Made by a program: the position numbers and the translations under genes
Assembly (NCBI GenBank): GCA_963776245.1
Contig: CAVZLN010000006.1
Coordinates: 5,215 to 69,214 of the forward strand
Reading direction: 5' to 3'
DNA length: 64,000 bases
Origin: Candidatus Eiseniibacteriota bacterium
Lineage (GTDB): Bacteria; Eisenbacteria; RBG-16-71-46
Shown here: piece by piece, positions 30,642 to 40,330 of the stretch
Layout: each line of letters opens with the position of its first letter
Position numbering within the stretch: position 1 is the stretch's first letter
Notes under the pieces: model-generated
What the model was told of the DNA's origin: nothing
The model's input: the letters and a program-made list of their open reading frames with translations, nothing else
Database searches by the model: none

Positions 30642-33499
30642 AGACCTATCCGATCACCCTCACGATCAACGGCGAGAAGACGGCGCTCGAGGTGCCCGCC
30701 GGGCGCACGCTGCTCGAACTCCTCAAGGGCGAGCTGCACCAGCCGAGCGTGAAGGGCGGCTGCGGCATCGGCGAGTGCGGCCTCTGCACGGTGATCCTCG
30801 ACGGCCTGCCGGTCAACGCCTGCCTGGTGATGGCGGCCGAGGTCGATGGTGCCGTGATCGAGACCGCCGAGGGCGCGATGCAGGAGCTGGGCGTGATGTC
30901 CGACCTGCAGCGGGCGTTCGTGGACTTCGGCGCGGTGCAGTGCGGCTTCTGCACTCCGGGCATGCTCAATTCCGCGCGCGCCCTCCTGCAGCGGACCCCG
31001 CGACCGACGCGCGAGCAGATCGTCGAGGCGCTGGCCGGGAACTACTGCCGGTGCACCGGCTACGAGCCGCTGGTGGACGCGGTCGAAGCGGTGGCGCGCG
31101 GCGGGTACACCGCGGCGGCCCCGCTGGCGTCGCCGTACGTCGGCGGCGCCGCGAATCGCGTGGACGCGGCGGCCAAGGTGACCGGCTCCGCGACCTTCGT
31201 GCACGACATGGTCCTGCCGGGGATGCTGCACGCGCGCATCCTGACCTCGCCGCACGCGTCGGCGCGCATCCGCGCGATCGACACCTCGAAGGCGCGCCGG
31301 ATGCCGGGCGTGCGCGCGGTGCTGACCGGGGCCGACCTGCCGTACAAGGTCGGACTCTACATGGAGGACAAGGACATCCTCGCGCGCGGCGTCGTGCGCC
31401 ACCAGGGCGAAGCGGTGGCCGCGGTGGCCGCGGACACCGTGGCGCAGGCGAGCGCGGCGTGCGCGGCGATCGAGGTGGACTACGAAGGGCTCGAGCCGCT
31501 CACCGACGTCCACCAGGCCCTCGCCGAGGGCGCGCGTCAGGTGCACCCCGGGATCGCGGACTACTCGTGGATGAAGGGCGTGTTCTTCCCGGAGCCCGGC
31601 AAGAACGTCGCCCACCATCAGAAGATCCGCAAGGGGGACATCGAGAAGGGCATGGCCGCGGCCGACCGCGTGTTCGAGTTCCACTTCGAGAATCCCCCCG
31701 CGCCCCACGTGCCGATGGAGACCCACACCGCGATCGCCACCGCGCGCGGCGATGGCGAGGTGGAGATCATCACTTCCGCCCAGTCCCCGTTCGCGGTGCG
31801 TCATCTGTTCTGCCACGCGTTCGCGATGCCGCTGCACAAGGTGCGGGTGAAGGTCCCGTACGTGGGCGGCGGCTTCGGCGGCAAGGCGGGGATCCATCTG
31901 GAGCCGCTGGTGTACTGCCTGTCGAAGGCCGCGCGCGGGCGCCCGGTCAAGATCGTGGCTTCGCGCGAGGAGGAGTTCAACACCCTCCCCTCCCGCCAGG
32001 GGCTCTCGAGCGTCATCAAGACCGGCGTGACGAAGGATGGCCGGCTGGTGGCGCTCGACGTCACCTACCTGTGGGACGCCGGCGCCTACGCGGACTACGG
32101 CGTCAACATCGGCCGCGCCGCCGCCTACGCGGGGGCCGGTCCGTACGTGGTGCCGCATTGCCGGGTGGACTCGCTGGTGGTGTACACCAACAAGGTGTTC
32201 GGCACCGCGTACCGCGGCTTCGGCCATCTCGAGGTGCTGTGGGGGATCGAGCGCAACATGGACCTGGTGGCGCACGCGCTCGGCATGGACCCGGTGGAGT
32301 TCCGCCGCAGGAACCTGCTGCGCGTCGGCGAGACCACCATCACCGGCGAGCTGTTCACCGAGGGCCACGGGCGCCCCGAGGAGTGCCTGCGGCTGGTGTC
32401 CGAGGGAATCGGCTGGGATCCCGCGCAGCGGGCGGCGCGCCCGGTCAAGCCCGGCAGCGGGAAGGTGCGCGCAAAGGGCATCGCGATGCTCCACAAGGCG
32501 CCCGCCATGCCCACCTTCACCTCGAGCTCGGCCACCATCCTGTTCAACGGCGACGGTTCCGCGAACGTGCTGGTCTCGGGCGTGGATTACGGGCAGGGCA
32601 CGTACACGACGTTCGCGCAGATCGCGGCGGACGAGCTGAGGATCCCGCTCGAGAAGGTGCGCGTGCCGTGGGACAGCGATACCGACTACACGCCGTACGA
32701 CTGGCAGACGGTGGCGAGCCGTCTCACGGTGATGGGCGGCAACGCCATCATCATGGCGGCGAAGGAATGCATGGACCAGATCCGCGCCACCGCCGGCGCC
32801 GCGCTGCACGCGGCGCCCGAGATGATCGAGTGCGGGAACGGCAGGGCGTGGGTCCGGGGCCGGCCCGGCACGGCGCTGGACTACAGCCAGCTCGTGCTCG
32901 GGTACGTGTTCCCCGACGGCTCGAGCATCGGGGGCCCGGTGATCGGCAAGGGCCGCTACATCGCGACCGGGCTCACCAATCTCGATCCCCAGACCGGACA
33001 GGGCCTGCCCGCGCTCAACTGGACCTACGGCGCGCACGCGGTGGACGTCGAGGTCGACACCGACACCGGTCACATCCGCGTGCTCAAGGTGGTCTCGGCG
33101 TTCGACGTCGGCCGGGTGCTCAACGCCCAGCAGGCGAAGGCGCAGGTGGTGGGCGGCGTGGTGCAGGGAGTGGGCTCGGCGGTGATCGAGAAACTGGTGT
33201 TCGAGGACGGGCGCATGCTGAACAACTCGTTCGTCGATCTCAAGATCCCGACCGCCAAGGACGTCCCCACCGAGATGGTGCAGCTGTTCGTCGAGACGCC
33301 ACACCCGCAGGGCCCCTATGGCGCGCGCGGGCTGGCCGAGCACCCGATGATCTCGATCCCGAGCGCGATCGGGAACGCGGTCGCCAACGCGACCGGCGTC
33401 GAGTTCTTCGAGCTGCCCCTCGATCCCGAGCGCGTCTATCTCACACTCAAGCGGGCGGCCGCTGCGCCGAAGCCGGCGCTCAGCGCCACGCACCGGTAG
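30638..33499 (+). CDS. molybdoenzyme with the [2Fe-2S] small subunit fused N-terminally to the molybdopterin-binding large subunit (xanthine dehydrogenase/aldehyde oxidoreductase family)
   Basis: N-terminus KGGCGIGECGLCTV...QCGFCTPGM...NYCRCTGY (two 2Fe-2S motifs) continues without a stop into AKVTGSATFVHDM...VGGGFGGK...the large-subunit MoCo domain. ATGA overlap with the FAD subunit stop. Confidence 0.8.
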   Translation: MKTYPITLTINGEKTALEVPAGRTLLELLKGELHQPSVKGGCGIGECGLCTVILDGLPVNACLVMAAEVDGAVIETAEGAMQELGVMSDLQRAFVDFGAVQCGFCTPGMLNSARALLQRTPRPTREQIVEALAGNYCRCTGYEPLVDAVEAVARGGYTAAAPLASPYVGGAANRVDAAAKVTGSATFVHDMVLPGMLHARILTSPHASARIRAIDTSKARRMPGVRAVLTGADLPYKVGLYMEDKDILARGVVRHQGEAVAAVAADTVAQASAACAAIEVDYEGLEPLTDVHQALAEGARQVHPGIADYSWMKGVFFPEPGKNVAHHQKIRKGDIEKGMAAADRVFEFHFENPPAPHVPMETHTAIATARGDGEVEIITSAQSPFAVRHLFCHAFAMPLHKVRVKVPYVGGGFGGKAGIHLEPLVYCLSKAARGRPVKIVASREEEFNTLPSRQGLSSVIKTGVTKDGRLVALDVTYLWDAGAYADYGVNIGRAAAYAGAGPYVVPHCRVDSLVVYTNKVFGTAYRGFGHLEVLWGIERNMDLVAHALGMDPVEFRRRNLLRVGETTITGELFTEGHGRPEECLRLVSEGIGWDPAQRAARPVKPGSGKVRAKGIAMLHKAPAMPTFTSSSATILFNGDGSANVLVSGVDYGQGTYTTFAQIAADELRIPLEKVRVPWDSDTDYTPYDWQTVASRLTVMGGNAIIMAAKECMDQIRATAGAALHAAPEMIECGNGRAWVRGRPGTALDYSQLVLGYVFPDGSSIGGPVIGKGRYIATGLTNLDPQTGQGLPALNWTYGAHAVDVEVDTDTGHIRVLKVVSAFDVGRVLNAQQAKAQVVGGVVQGVGSAVIEKLVFEDGRMLNNSFVDLKIPTAKDVPTEMVQLFVETPHPQGPYGARGLAEHPMISIPSAIGNAVANATGVEFFELPLDPERVYLTLKRAAAAPKPALSATHR

Positions 33500-33515
33500 G
33501 CAGGGCGAGGAGCAC

Positions 33516-35072
33516 GTGATCGACGCCTTCGTGCTGGTGCGCCGCGACGCGTACCAGGATTCGGTGCTCCTCATGCGGCTCTCCGAGGCGCTGCGCGGAC
33601 TGCCGGGCGTCGAGGACGCGGTGGTAGCGATGGGCACGCCTCACAACCGCGAACTGCTCGAGACCCAGGGCTACGGCGGCGCTGCGCTCACGGGCGCCTC
33701 CCCCAACGACCTCGTGATCGCGGTGAAGGGCGGCCCCGACGCGCCCCCCGCCGTGGAGGCCGAGCTCGAGCGCCTGCTGCGGGCCGGCTCGGGTGGCGGC
33801 GCCGAGGAGAGAGCGCGCGTGTCCTCGGTGGCCGCAGCGGTCCGCCAGCACCCCGAGGCGAATCTGGTGCTCATCTCGGTGCCGGGCGAGCACGCGGCGC
33901 GCGAGGCGCGGCGCGCGCTGGCGCTCGGCCGGCACGTCATGCTGTTCTCGGACAACGTGGCGCTGGCGGACGAAGTCGCGCTCAAGCGCGACGCCGTGGC
34001 GCGCGGGCTCCTGATGATGGGGCCCGACTGCGGCACCGCGATCGTCAACGGGATGCCGCTGGGGTTCGCCAACGCGGTGCGCCGCGGTCCGGTCGGGATC
34101 GTGGGCGCGGCCGGCACCGGCATCCAGGAGGTCTCCAGCTGCATCCACCGCCTCGGGAGCGGGGTGTCCCAGGCGATCGGCACCGGCGGCCGCGACCTGA
34201 CCCAGGCGGTGGAAGGGCTCATGACGCGCCTCGGCATCGCGGCGCTGGCGGACGATCCCGCGACGCGCGTGATCGTGGTGATCTCCAAGCCTCCCGCCCC
34301 CGCCGTGGCCGAGCGGGTCATCGCCGCGCTCGCAGCCACCCCCAAGCCCTGCGTGGTGCATTTCGTCGGCGACGCGCCGCGCCCCGACGACGCCTCGCAC
34401 GGGATCGCCTTCGCCGACTCGCTCGCCGGCGCGGCCGAGGCCGCCTGCCGGCTCGCGGGAGTGCCGGTGCCCCCTCCCTCCGCTCCCGCGCCCGAGGCCG
34501 CCCGGGCCGCGGCGCTGGCGGCGCGCCTCGCGCCCCGCGCGCGGCTGCGCGCGCTGTTCTGCGGCGGCACCACCGGGCAGGAGGCGCTGGCGATGCTCGG
34601 CCGCGCCGGGCTCGAGGTGCGCTCGAACCTGCACAAGGGGGGCGCGCTGCGTATCGACGGCAGTGAGCTGGGGGCACCCGCCGATGGCGGCTCGGGGCAC
34701 GTGCTGCTCGACCTCGGGGACGACCTGTTCACCCGCGGCCGGCCCCATCCCATGATCGAGCCCGCGCTCCGCAACGAGCGCCTCGCGCTCGAGGTCGCGG
34801 ATCCCGCGGTGGGCCTGCTGCTCTTCGATTGCGTGATCGGCTACGGATCGCACGCCGACCCGGCGGGGGTGCTCGCCGCCGGCGTGCGCGAGGCGCGCGC
34901 GCGCGCCGCCCCGCGGGCGCTGGTCGCCATCGCGTCGGTCACCGGCACGGCCGACGATCCGCAGGACTTCCAGGCCCAGGTCCGGGCACTGGAGGCGGCG
35001 GACGTGGTCGTCGCCCCCGACAACCGCGCCGCCGCGGCGCTCGCCGCCGCGGTGCTCCGGAGGATCGGGTGA
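33516..35072 (+). CDS. FdrA-family protein (succinyl-CoA-synthetase-alpha-like CoA-binding/ligase fold)
   Basis: 518 aa. LVLISVPGEHAAREARRALALGRHVMLFSDNV...GPDCGTAIVNGMPLGFANAVRRGPVGIVGAAGTGIQEV resembles the ligase-CoA domain. Followed by DUF1116 and DUF2877 genes as in fdrA-ylbE-ylbF triads. Confidence 0.7.
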   Translation: MIDAFVLVRRDAYQDSVLLMRLSEALRGLPGVEDAVVAMGTPHNRELLETQGYGGAALTGASPNDLVIAVKGGPDAPPAVEAELERLLRAGSGGGAEERARVSSVAAAVRQHPEANLVLISVPGEHAAREARRALALGRHVMLFSDNVALADEVALKRDAVARGLLMMGPDCGTAIVNGMPLGFANAVRRGPVGIVGAAGTGIQEVSSCIHRLGSGVSQAIGTGGRDLTQAVEGLMTRLGIAALADDPATRVIVVISKPPAPAVAERVIAALAATPKPCVVHFVGDAPRPDDASHGIAFADSLAGAAEAACRLAGVPVPPPSAPAPEAARAAALAARLAPRARLRALFCGGTTGQEALAMLGRAGLEVRSNLHKGGALRIDGSELGAPADGGSGHVLLDLGDDLFTRGRPHPMIEPALRNERLALEVADPAVGLLLFDCVIGYGSHADPAGVLAAGVREARARAAPRALVAIASVTGTADDPQDFQAQVRALEAADVVVAPDNRAAAALAAAVLRRIG

Positions 35073-36514
35073 TGGACACGCGCAAGGTGCTCGATCTGTT
35101 CGGCGCCGAGCTGGCGGTGGTGAACGCGGGGCTCGGCTCGTTCGCGCACGACCTGCGCCGCGCCGGGGGCACCGCCATCGAGGTGGACTGGCGTCCGCCC
35201 GCCGGCGGGGATCCCGCGGTGTGCGAGGCGCTCGACCGCTGCTTCGGTCCCGACGGCGGGGTGCGCGCCGACGTGGCAGCCGCCACCCGCGAGTCGGTGG
35301 ACCGTCTGCTGCGGGCGAAACCGGTGATCGCGGGGATCGGCCGCGCCCTCGACGTCATCCCGGGAATGCGCCAGGAGCTGGTCCTCCACTCCGGTCCGCC
35401 GGTCGAGTGGTCGCGCATGAGCGGACCGACGCGCGGCGCCGTGATGGGCGGACTGGTGTACGAGGGGCTCGCCGCCGACCCCGACGAGGCCGCCGCGCTC
35501 GCCGCGTCCGGGCGCATCGCGTTCGCGCCCTGCCACCATCACCAGACCGTGGGCCCGATGGCGGGGATCGTCACCGCGTCGATGCCGGTGTGGATCCTCG
35601 AGAACGAGGCGTTCGGCAATCGCGCCTTCAGCACCCTCAACGAAGGCCTCGGCAAGGTGCTGCGCTACGGGGCCTACGACGCCGAGGTGATCGAGCGCCT
35701 GCGCTGGATGGAACGCGTGCTCGCGCCGCTGCTGGCCCGGACGTTCGAACGCATGGGCCGCTTCGACCTGCGGTCGCTGATCGCGCAGGCCCTGCAGATG
35801 GGCGACGAGGTCCACAATCGCAACCGCGCCGCCACCTCGCTGCTGATCCGCGCGCTCGCGCCGCACCTGGTGGCGCTCGAAGCCCCTTCCGGCGATGTCG
35901 CGGCGGCGCTCCGGTTCCTCGATTCGAACGACCACTTCTTCCTCAACCTGTCGATGGCGGCGTGCAAGAGCGCGCTCGATCCCGCCGCCGGCATCGCCGG
36001 CTCGAGCATGATCACGGTGATGGCGCGCAACGGGACCGACTTCGGCGTGCAGGTGTCGGCGCTGCCGGGCCGCTGGTTCACCGCCCCGGCCCCGATGGTG
36101 GACGGGCTCTACCTGCCCGGGTTCACCGCCGCCGACGCGGCTCCCGACATCGGCGACTCGGTCATCACCGAGACCGCCGGCCTCGGCGGCATGGCGATGG
36201 CCGCGGCGCCCGCGATCGTGCAGTTCGTGGGCGGCACCGCCGCCCAGGCGCTGGGGACCACCCGGCGCATGTACGAGATCACCCTCGCCGAACATCCGGC
36301 CTACCGGATCCCGGCGCTCGACTTCCGCGGCACCGCGACCGGCATCGACCTGCTCAAGGTGGTCGAGACCGGCGTGGTCCCGGTGGTCAACACCGGCATC
36401 GCCCACAAGACGCCCGGCGTCGGAATGGTCGGCGCCGGGCTGGTGAAGCCCCCATTCGAGTGTTTCCGCGACGCGCTGCTCGCGTTCACCGACGCCCTCG
36501 GGGCCGGCGCGTAG
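35072..36514 (+). CDS. DUF1116 (YlbE-like) protein
   Basis: About 480 aa. Start overlaps the FdrA stop. Occupies the conserved gene-neighbour position next to FdrA. No catalytic motif recognised by eye. Confidence 0.6.
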   Translation: MDTRKVLDLFGAELAVVNAGLGSFAHDLRRAGGTAIEVDWRPPAGGDPAVCEALDRCFGPDGGVRADVAAATRESVDRLLRAKPVIAGIGRALDVIPGMRQELVLHSGPPVEWSRMSGPTRGAVMGGLVYEGLAADPDEAAALAASGRIAFAPCHHHQTVGPMAGIVTASMPVWILENEAFGNRAFSTLNEGLGKVLRYGAYDAEVIERLRWMERVLAPLLARTFERMGRFDLRSLIAQALQMGDEVHNRNRAATSLLIRALAPHLVALEAPSGDVAAALRFLDSNDHFFLNLSMAACKSALDPAAGIAGSSMITVMARNGTDFGVQVSALPGRWFTAPAPMVDGLYLPGFTAADAAPDIGDSVITETAGLGGMAMAAAPAIVQFVGGTAAQALGTTRRMYEITLAEHPAYRIPALDFRGTATGIDLLKVVETGVVPVVNTGIAHKTPGVGMVGAGLVKPPFECFRDALLAFTDALGAGA

Positions 36515-36551
36515 CGCGCGACGCTACCCGCGGCCCCTTCCCGGAGGACCC

Positions 36552-37418
36552 ATGAAGCCCATCGAACTCTCGATCCCGATCGGCATCGGCACGCCGGCGT
36601 GGCCCACCTACGAGCCGCTGCAGATCAAGTACTTCAAGCGCCTCGCCCCCAACGGCGCCAACGGCCAGATCATCACCCACTCCAACCACGTCGGCACCCA
36701 CCTCGACGGCGAGATCCATTTCTACACCCCGGGCAAGGACATCGCGCAGCTCTCGCTCGACTACCTGGTGGGCGAGGCCGCGATCGTGGACCTGTCCGAC
36801 GCGTGCGGGGACTACGACGTGTACACCTCGAAGATGGTGGAGGAGCGCGTCGAGGTGAAGGACGGCGACATCCTCCTCATCCACACCGGCTATCACCACT
36901 ACGGCTGGGACCAGCCGACCGCGGACGAGATCGCCTACATGGTCAAGCACCCCGGCCCCGACCGCGAGTTCGCGGAGTGGTGCAAGAAGAAGAAGCTGCG
37001 CTGGCTCGGGGTGGACTGCGGCAGCGCCGACCATCCGATGAACACCATCATCCGGGAGTGGATGCCGCGCCAGGCGCGCCAGGCCGATCAGCACTTCCGC
37101 ACCCGCTACGGCAAGCCGCTCGCCGAGTTCTTCGACGACTCGAAGTACCAGCTCATGCACATCGAGATGTTCAACCACGGCATCATCCACGCCGAGTGCC
37201 TGGGCGGCGACATCGACCTGCTGCTGAACCAGCGCTGCACCGTCGGCTGCTTCCCGTGGCGCCTGGTGGACGGCGAGGCGTGCATCTCGCGCATCGTCGC
37301 GTTCGTGGACGACGCCCGTCACGCCGAACTGATGAAGAAGAAGGCGTCGTGCGCCCTGACCCGGCACGGCGACATCGCCGGCGCGTCGTGCCCCGAACTG
37401 CACGGCAAGCAGCGCTGA
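36552..37418 (+). CDS. cyclase-family protein (kynurenine-formamidase-like metal-dependent hydrolase)
   Basis: HSNHVGTHLDGEIHF matches the HxGTHxDxPxH cyclase signature. 288 aa. Confidence 0.75.
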   Translation: MKPIELSIPIGIGTPAWPTYEPLQIKYFKRLAPNGANGQIITHSNHVGTHLDGEIHFYTPGKDIAQLSLDYLVGEAAIVDLSDACGDYDVYTSKMVEERVEVKDGDILLIHTGYHHYGWDQPTADEIAYMVKHPGPDREFAEWCKKKKLRWLGVDCGSADHPMNTIIREWMPRQARQADQHFRTRYGKPLAEFFDDSKYQLMHIEMFNHGIIHAECLGGDIDLLLNQRCTVGCFPWRLVDGEACISRIVAFVDDARHAELMKKKASCALTRHGDIAGASCPELHGKQR

Positions 37419-37432
37419 ACGACCCCACGCCC

Positions 37433-38188
37433 GTGCTGCGGGCGGAGCGCGCCGGCCCGCTGGCGGCCGACGCGCTCCGTGCCGGGGCCGCCGGGCGGGT
37501 GGTGGACGTCTCCTCGCGCGCGGCGTTCGTGCGCCTCGACGACGGTCCGCTGGTCGCGGTGCTCCCCGCCGCGACGCCGCTCCATCCGTGGGCGGTAGTC
37601 GCCGCGGCCGGGGCCCCTCCCGAGGCCGGCGCGGCCGTGCGTCTCTCGGTCGACGGAGCGGCGGTCCCCGGTCTGTGTCTGACCGCACGGCCCGCGACAT
37701 TCCACCCGGGCCTCGTCCGTGCGCTCGCGTCGCTGGTGCGCGCCCCAGCACGCCCGGATGACTTCGACGAGGCGCTGTCCGGCGGGCTCCACCGCTTCCG
37801 CGCGCTCGGCGACGCCCGCGCGCTTGCCGGGCTGGTGGGGCTCGGCCCGGGCCTCACACCTTCGGGGGACGACATCGTGGTGGGCGCGCTCGCGGCGCTC
37901 GACCTCGCGCAGGAGGCACGGCCCGCCGCGGCCGGGCTGCGCGACGCGCTCGCAGCGGCGCTCGACGGGAAGATCGCGTTTCGCACCCCGCGGCTGTCGG
38001 CCCAGCTGCTGTCGGCCGCGCTCGCGGGGTTCTATGCCGAGCCGCTGCTCGCGCTGCTCGAGGCGCTCGCGACTGCCGGATCGCCCGGCGCGCTTGCCGC
38101 GGCGGCGGACGCCCTCACTGCGGTCGGCCATCGAAGCGGGACCGATATGTTGCGCGGGGTCGCGGCGGCGATGGAGTGCGTGGGATGA
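37433..38188 (+). CDS. DUF2877 (YlbF-like) protein; GTG start inferred
   Basis: C-terminal part of ORF 36599-38188 (TPSGDDIVVGALAALD...GHRSGTDMLRGV), in the expected position after FdrA/DUF1116. GTG at 37433 lies immediately after the cyclase stop. Confidence 0.5.
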   Translation: MLRAERAGPLAADALRAGAAGRVVDVSSRAAFVRLDDGPLVAVLPAATPLHPWAVVAAAGAPPEAGAAVRLSVDGAAVPGLCLTARPATFHPGLVRALASLVRAPARPDDFDEALSGGLHRFRALGDARALAGLVGLGPGLTPSGDDIVVGALAALDLAQEARPAAAGLRDALAAALDGKIAFRTPRLSAQLLSAALAGFYAEPLLALLEALATAGSPGALAAAADALTAVGHRSGTDMLRGVAAAMECVG

Positions 38189-38201
38189 CCCGCCCGAACT
38201 C

Positions 38202-40049
38202 CTAGCGGATCCACACCACCTTGCCCGACGCGTTCCCCGCGTCGGTGCGCAGGTCCCAGAAGTAGATGCCGCTCGCCAGTGACTCGGGAAAACGCCATCC
38301 CAGCCGGCTCTCGCCCGCGTGCAGCTCGCCCGCGGCGCGATGCACGCGCTCGCCCTCGAGGGACACCACGTCGAGCGAGTACCGCGAAGACCGCGGCAGG
38401 GTGACCGTGAGTTCGGCGCCCTCGGCCCGCACACGGGCGACCGGATTGGGCCACTCCGTGACGTGGAGGCCTGCGGGAGGCGCGCCCGGCCGGCCCACGC
38501 CGAGCTCCTGGGGCACCGGGCTCTCCAGGTGCCGGATGATATTGAGCACGACCTGTCGGACGACCGGGTTGCCCGTGGTGCCGACGTAGTACCAGAGGTC
38601 GTCGCCAAGATGGCGGTAGGGCATCGTGAAGACGGCGCCCTGGCCAGGCTGCTGGTACCCACCCATGACCCCCCAGCACGGAGACACCGGGTGCGAGGTA
38701 CCATACGGGTTGGCCTCGCACGTCGCGGCGATCGCGAACGACCAGGGCGTTCCCCGGGCGTAGGCGTCCGCCATCAGCGTGGGCCTGCCGTCGGCGGTGG
38801 ACGGATCGCCGAACCATGTGAGCTTCGCGCCATCCACCTCGTCGCCCGGCAGGTGGGTGGCGCCGAGCTTCGCGCCCTTCGCCAGACCGGTGTTCGCGAA
38901 CGCCCAGTGCGTCGAGTCGCGCACCGTCCAGTCGGTCGGGGTGCCTTGCCCGTCGCTGTCCAGGGACGCCTGCGTGGCGTCCCCCCAGTCGAGGCCGGTG
39001 AGCGAATACGCCCCGCGGTTGGCCGGCGGGAGTCTCCAGTTGTAGGTGCCGGGGTGCAGCGGATGGGGTCCGGTCGGCCCATAGAGGTACTGCTGCCCGG
39101 GCAGGATGCCGCGCGTGCCGCCATCGGCGTCGCTGATGTTGTCGCCCTTGTAACAGATCAGCTGGCGCATGTCGGTGGAGTACTCGGTCCGCCACCAGCA
39201 GGTGTTGCCGGTGGCGAAGAAGACGTTGCCGCCGCTGGCGATGTACGCCTCGACGGCGTCCCGCTGGGACTCGGACCAGTACTCCGAGTGCCCGGTGAAC
39301 ACCACTTCCTGGTACGCGCTGAGCAGGGCGAGTCCCTGGACGTGGATGTCCTCCATGGTGGCGTAGTCGGCCTCCACGCCGGACAGGGCGAGGAAGCGCA
39401 CCCACGGCAGGTCGAACTGGGCGAACTGGCCACGCCCGTCGTTGGTGTCCGCCGGGCGCTCGAGCGAGGCCATGTTGGTGCGGTCGGCGGACAGCTTGTC
39501 GTAGAGGGAGCGCCCGCCCCAGGCCTGATAGGCGAAGCAGGTCGAGGTGGAGGGAACCACTAGGATGGGGTGGGTCGGCTGCGGGTTGCGGACGAAGAAC
39601 GGCACCTGTTGACGCATGAAGCTGGGCTCACCGTCCTCGGGCCACACCTCGACGTAGTACGCCGCGCTGACCCAATCGGCCGGAACGACGACCCGCAGCG
39701 TCGGCGCCCAGCCGCAGCCGGTCGACGACACCCCGACGTTGACGCCGGCCGCGTCCGTGACCAGTTGATGGCCGGCGGGCGTGTGGGGGTGGTGGGCTCC
39801 GGTGCCGTCGTACACGTAGGTCTCGCTCGCGCCCACCCGCTGGAAGCGGATCCCCACCGTCGGCGACTTCGAGCACACGAAGATCGACAGCGTGTCCCCC
39901 GCCACCACCGAGGGCGGCCAGACATAGGCGTAGATCGACTTGATGGGGGCGCCGGTCCAGGTCGGATCCAGCGGATCGACCATCGCGGCGGTGGCCGGGG
40001 ACGCGGCGGCCAGCGCCAGTCCGAGCGCGCCGTGGAGCCACCACGGCAT
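38202..40049 (-). CDS. secreted protein with FlgD-Ig-like C-terminal sorting domain, function unknown
   Basis: Signal peptide MPWWLHGALGLALAAASPATAA. C-terminus WPNPVARVRAEGAELTVTLPRSSRYSLDVVSLEGERVHRAAGELHAGESRLGWRFPESLASGIYFWDLRTDAGNASGKVVWIR. Confidence 0.55.
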   Translation of the reverse strand: MPWWLHGALGLALAAASPATAAMVDPLDPTWTGAPIKSIYAYVWPPSVVAGDTLSIFVCSKSPTVGIRFQRVGASETYVYDGTGAHHPHTPAGHQLVTDAAGVNVGVSSTGCGWAPTLRVVVPADWVSAAYYVEVWPEDGEPSFMRQQVPFFVRNPQPTHPILVVPSTSTCFAYQAWGGRSLYDKLSADRTNMASLERPADTNDGRGQFAQFDLPWVRFLALSGVEADYATMEDIHVQGLALLSAYQEVVFTGHSEYWSESQRDAVEAYIASGGNVFFATGNTCWWRTEYSTDMRQLICYKGDNISDADGGTRGILPGQQYLYGPTGPHPLHPGTYNWRLPPANRGAYSLTGLDWGDATQASLDSDGQGTPTDWTVRDSTHWAFANTGLAKGAKLGATHLPGDEVDGAKLTWFGDPSTADGRPTLMADAYARGTPWSFAIAATCEANPYGTSHPVSPCWGVMGGYQQPGQGAVFTMPYRHLGDDLWYYVGTTGNPVVRQVVLNIIRHLESPVPQELGVGRPGAPPAGLHVTEWPNPVARVRAEGAELTVTLPRSSRYSLDVVSLEGERVHRAAGELHAGESRLGWRFPESLASGIYFWDLRTDAGNASGKVVWIR

Positions 40050-40330
40050 GAGCACCGATCGCGGTCTCAGATACACACCGGGACACTCCCTGGGGGGGGC
40101 CAGTGGGAACGCGACGGTGCCGGGACGCACGTTCGCCCGGCGGGACGGCTATAAGCGTACGGCGGCCCGGGGGTTTCCGCCAGCGGCGCCATCCGGACCG
40201 GCCGGCGCCACGCGGGGCCGGGCCGGCGGCGGTCCCCCGGCGCGAATCCCCCGTTGACCAACGAACGTTCGTTCGTTAACGTCCGCGGGTCGGGAGCCCC
40301 CCAGCTTCCCTGTCGCCGCGAGGTCCGCGC

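Noticed and set aside
30350-33637. 1095-aa minus-strand ORF
   Set aside because: Antisense to the molybdoenzyme gene, whose sense frame carries unmistakable 2Fe-2S and MoCo motifs; the antisense translation is Arg/Ala/Gly-rich and not protein-like.
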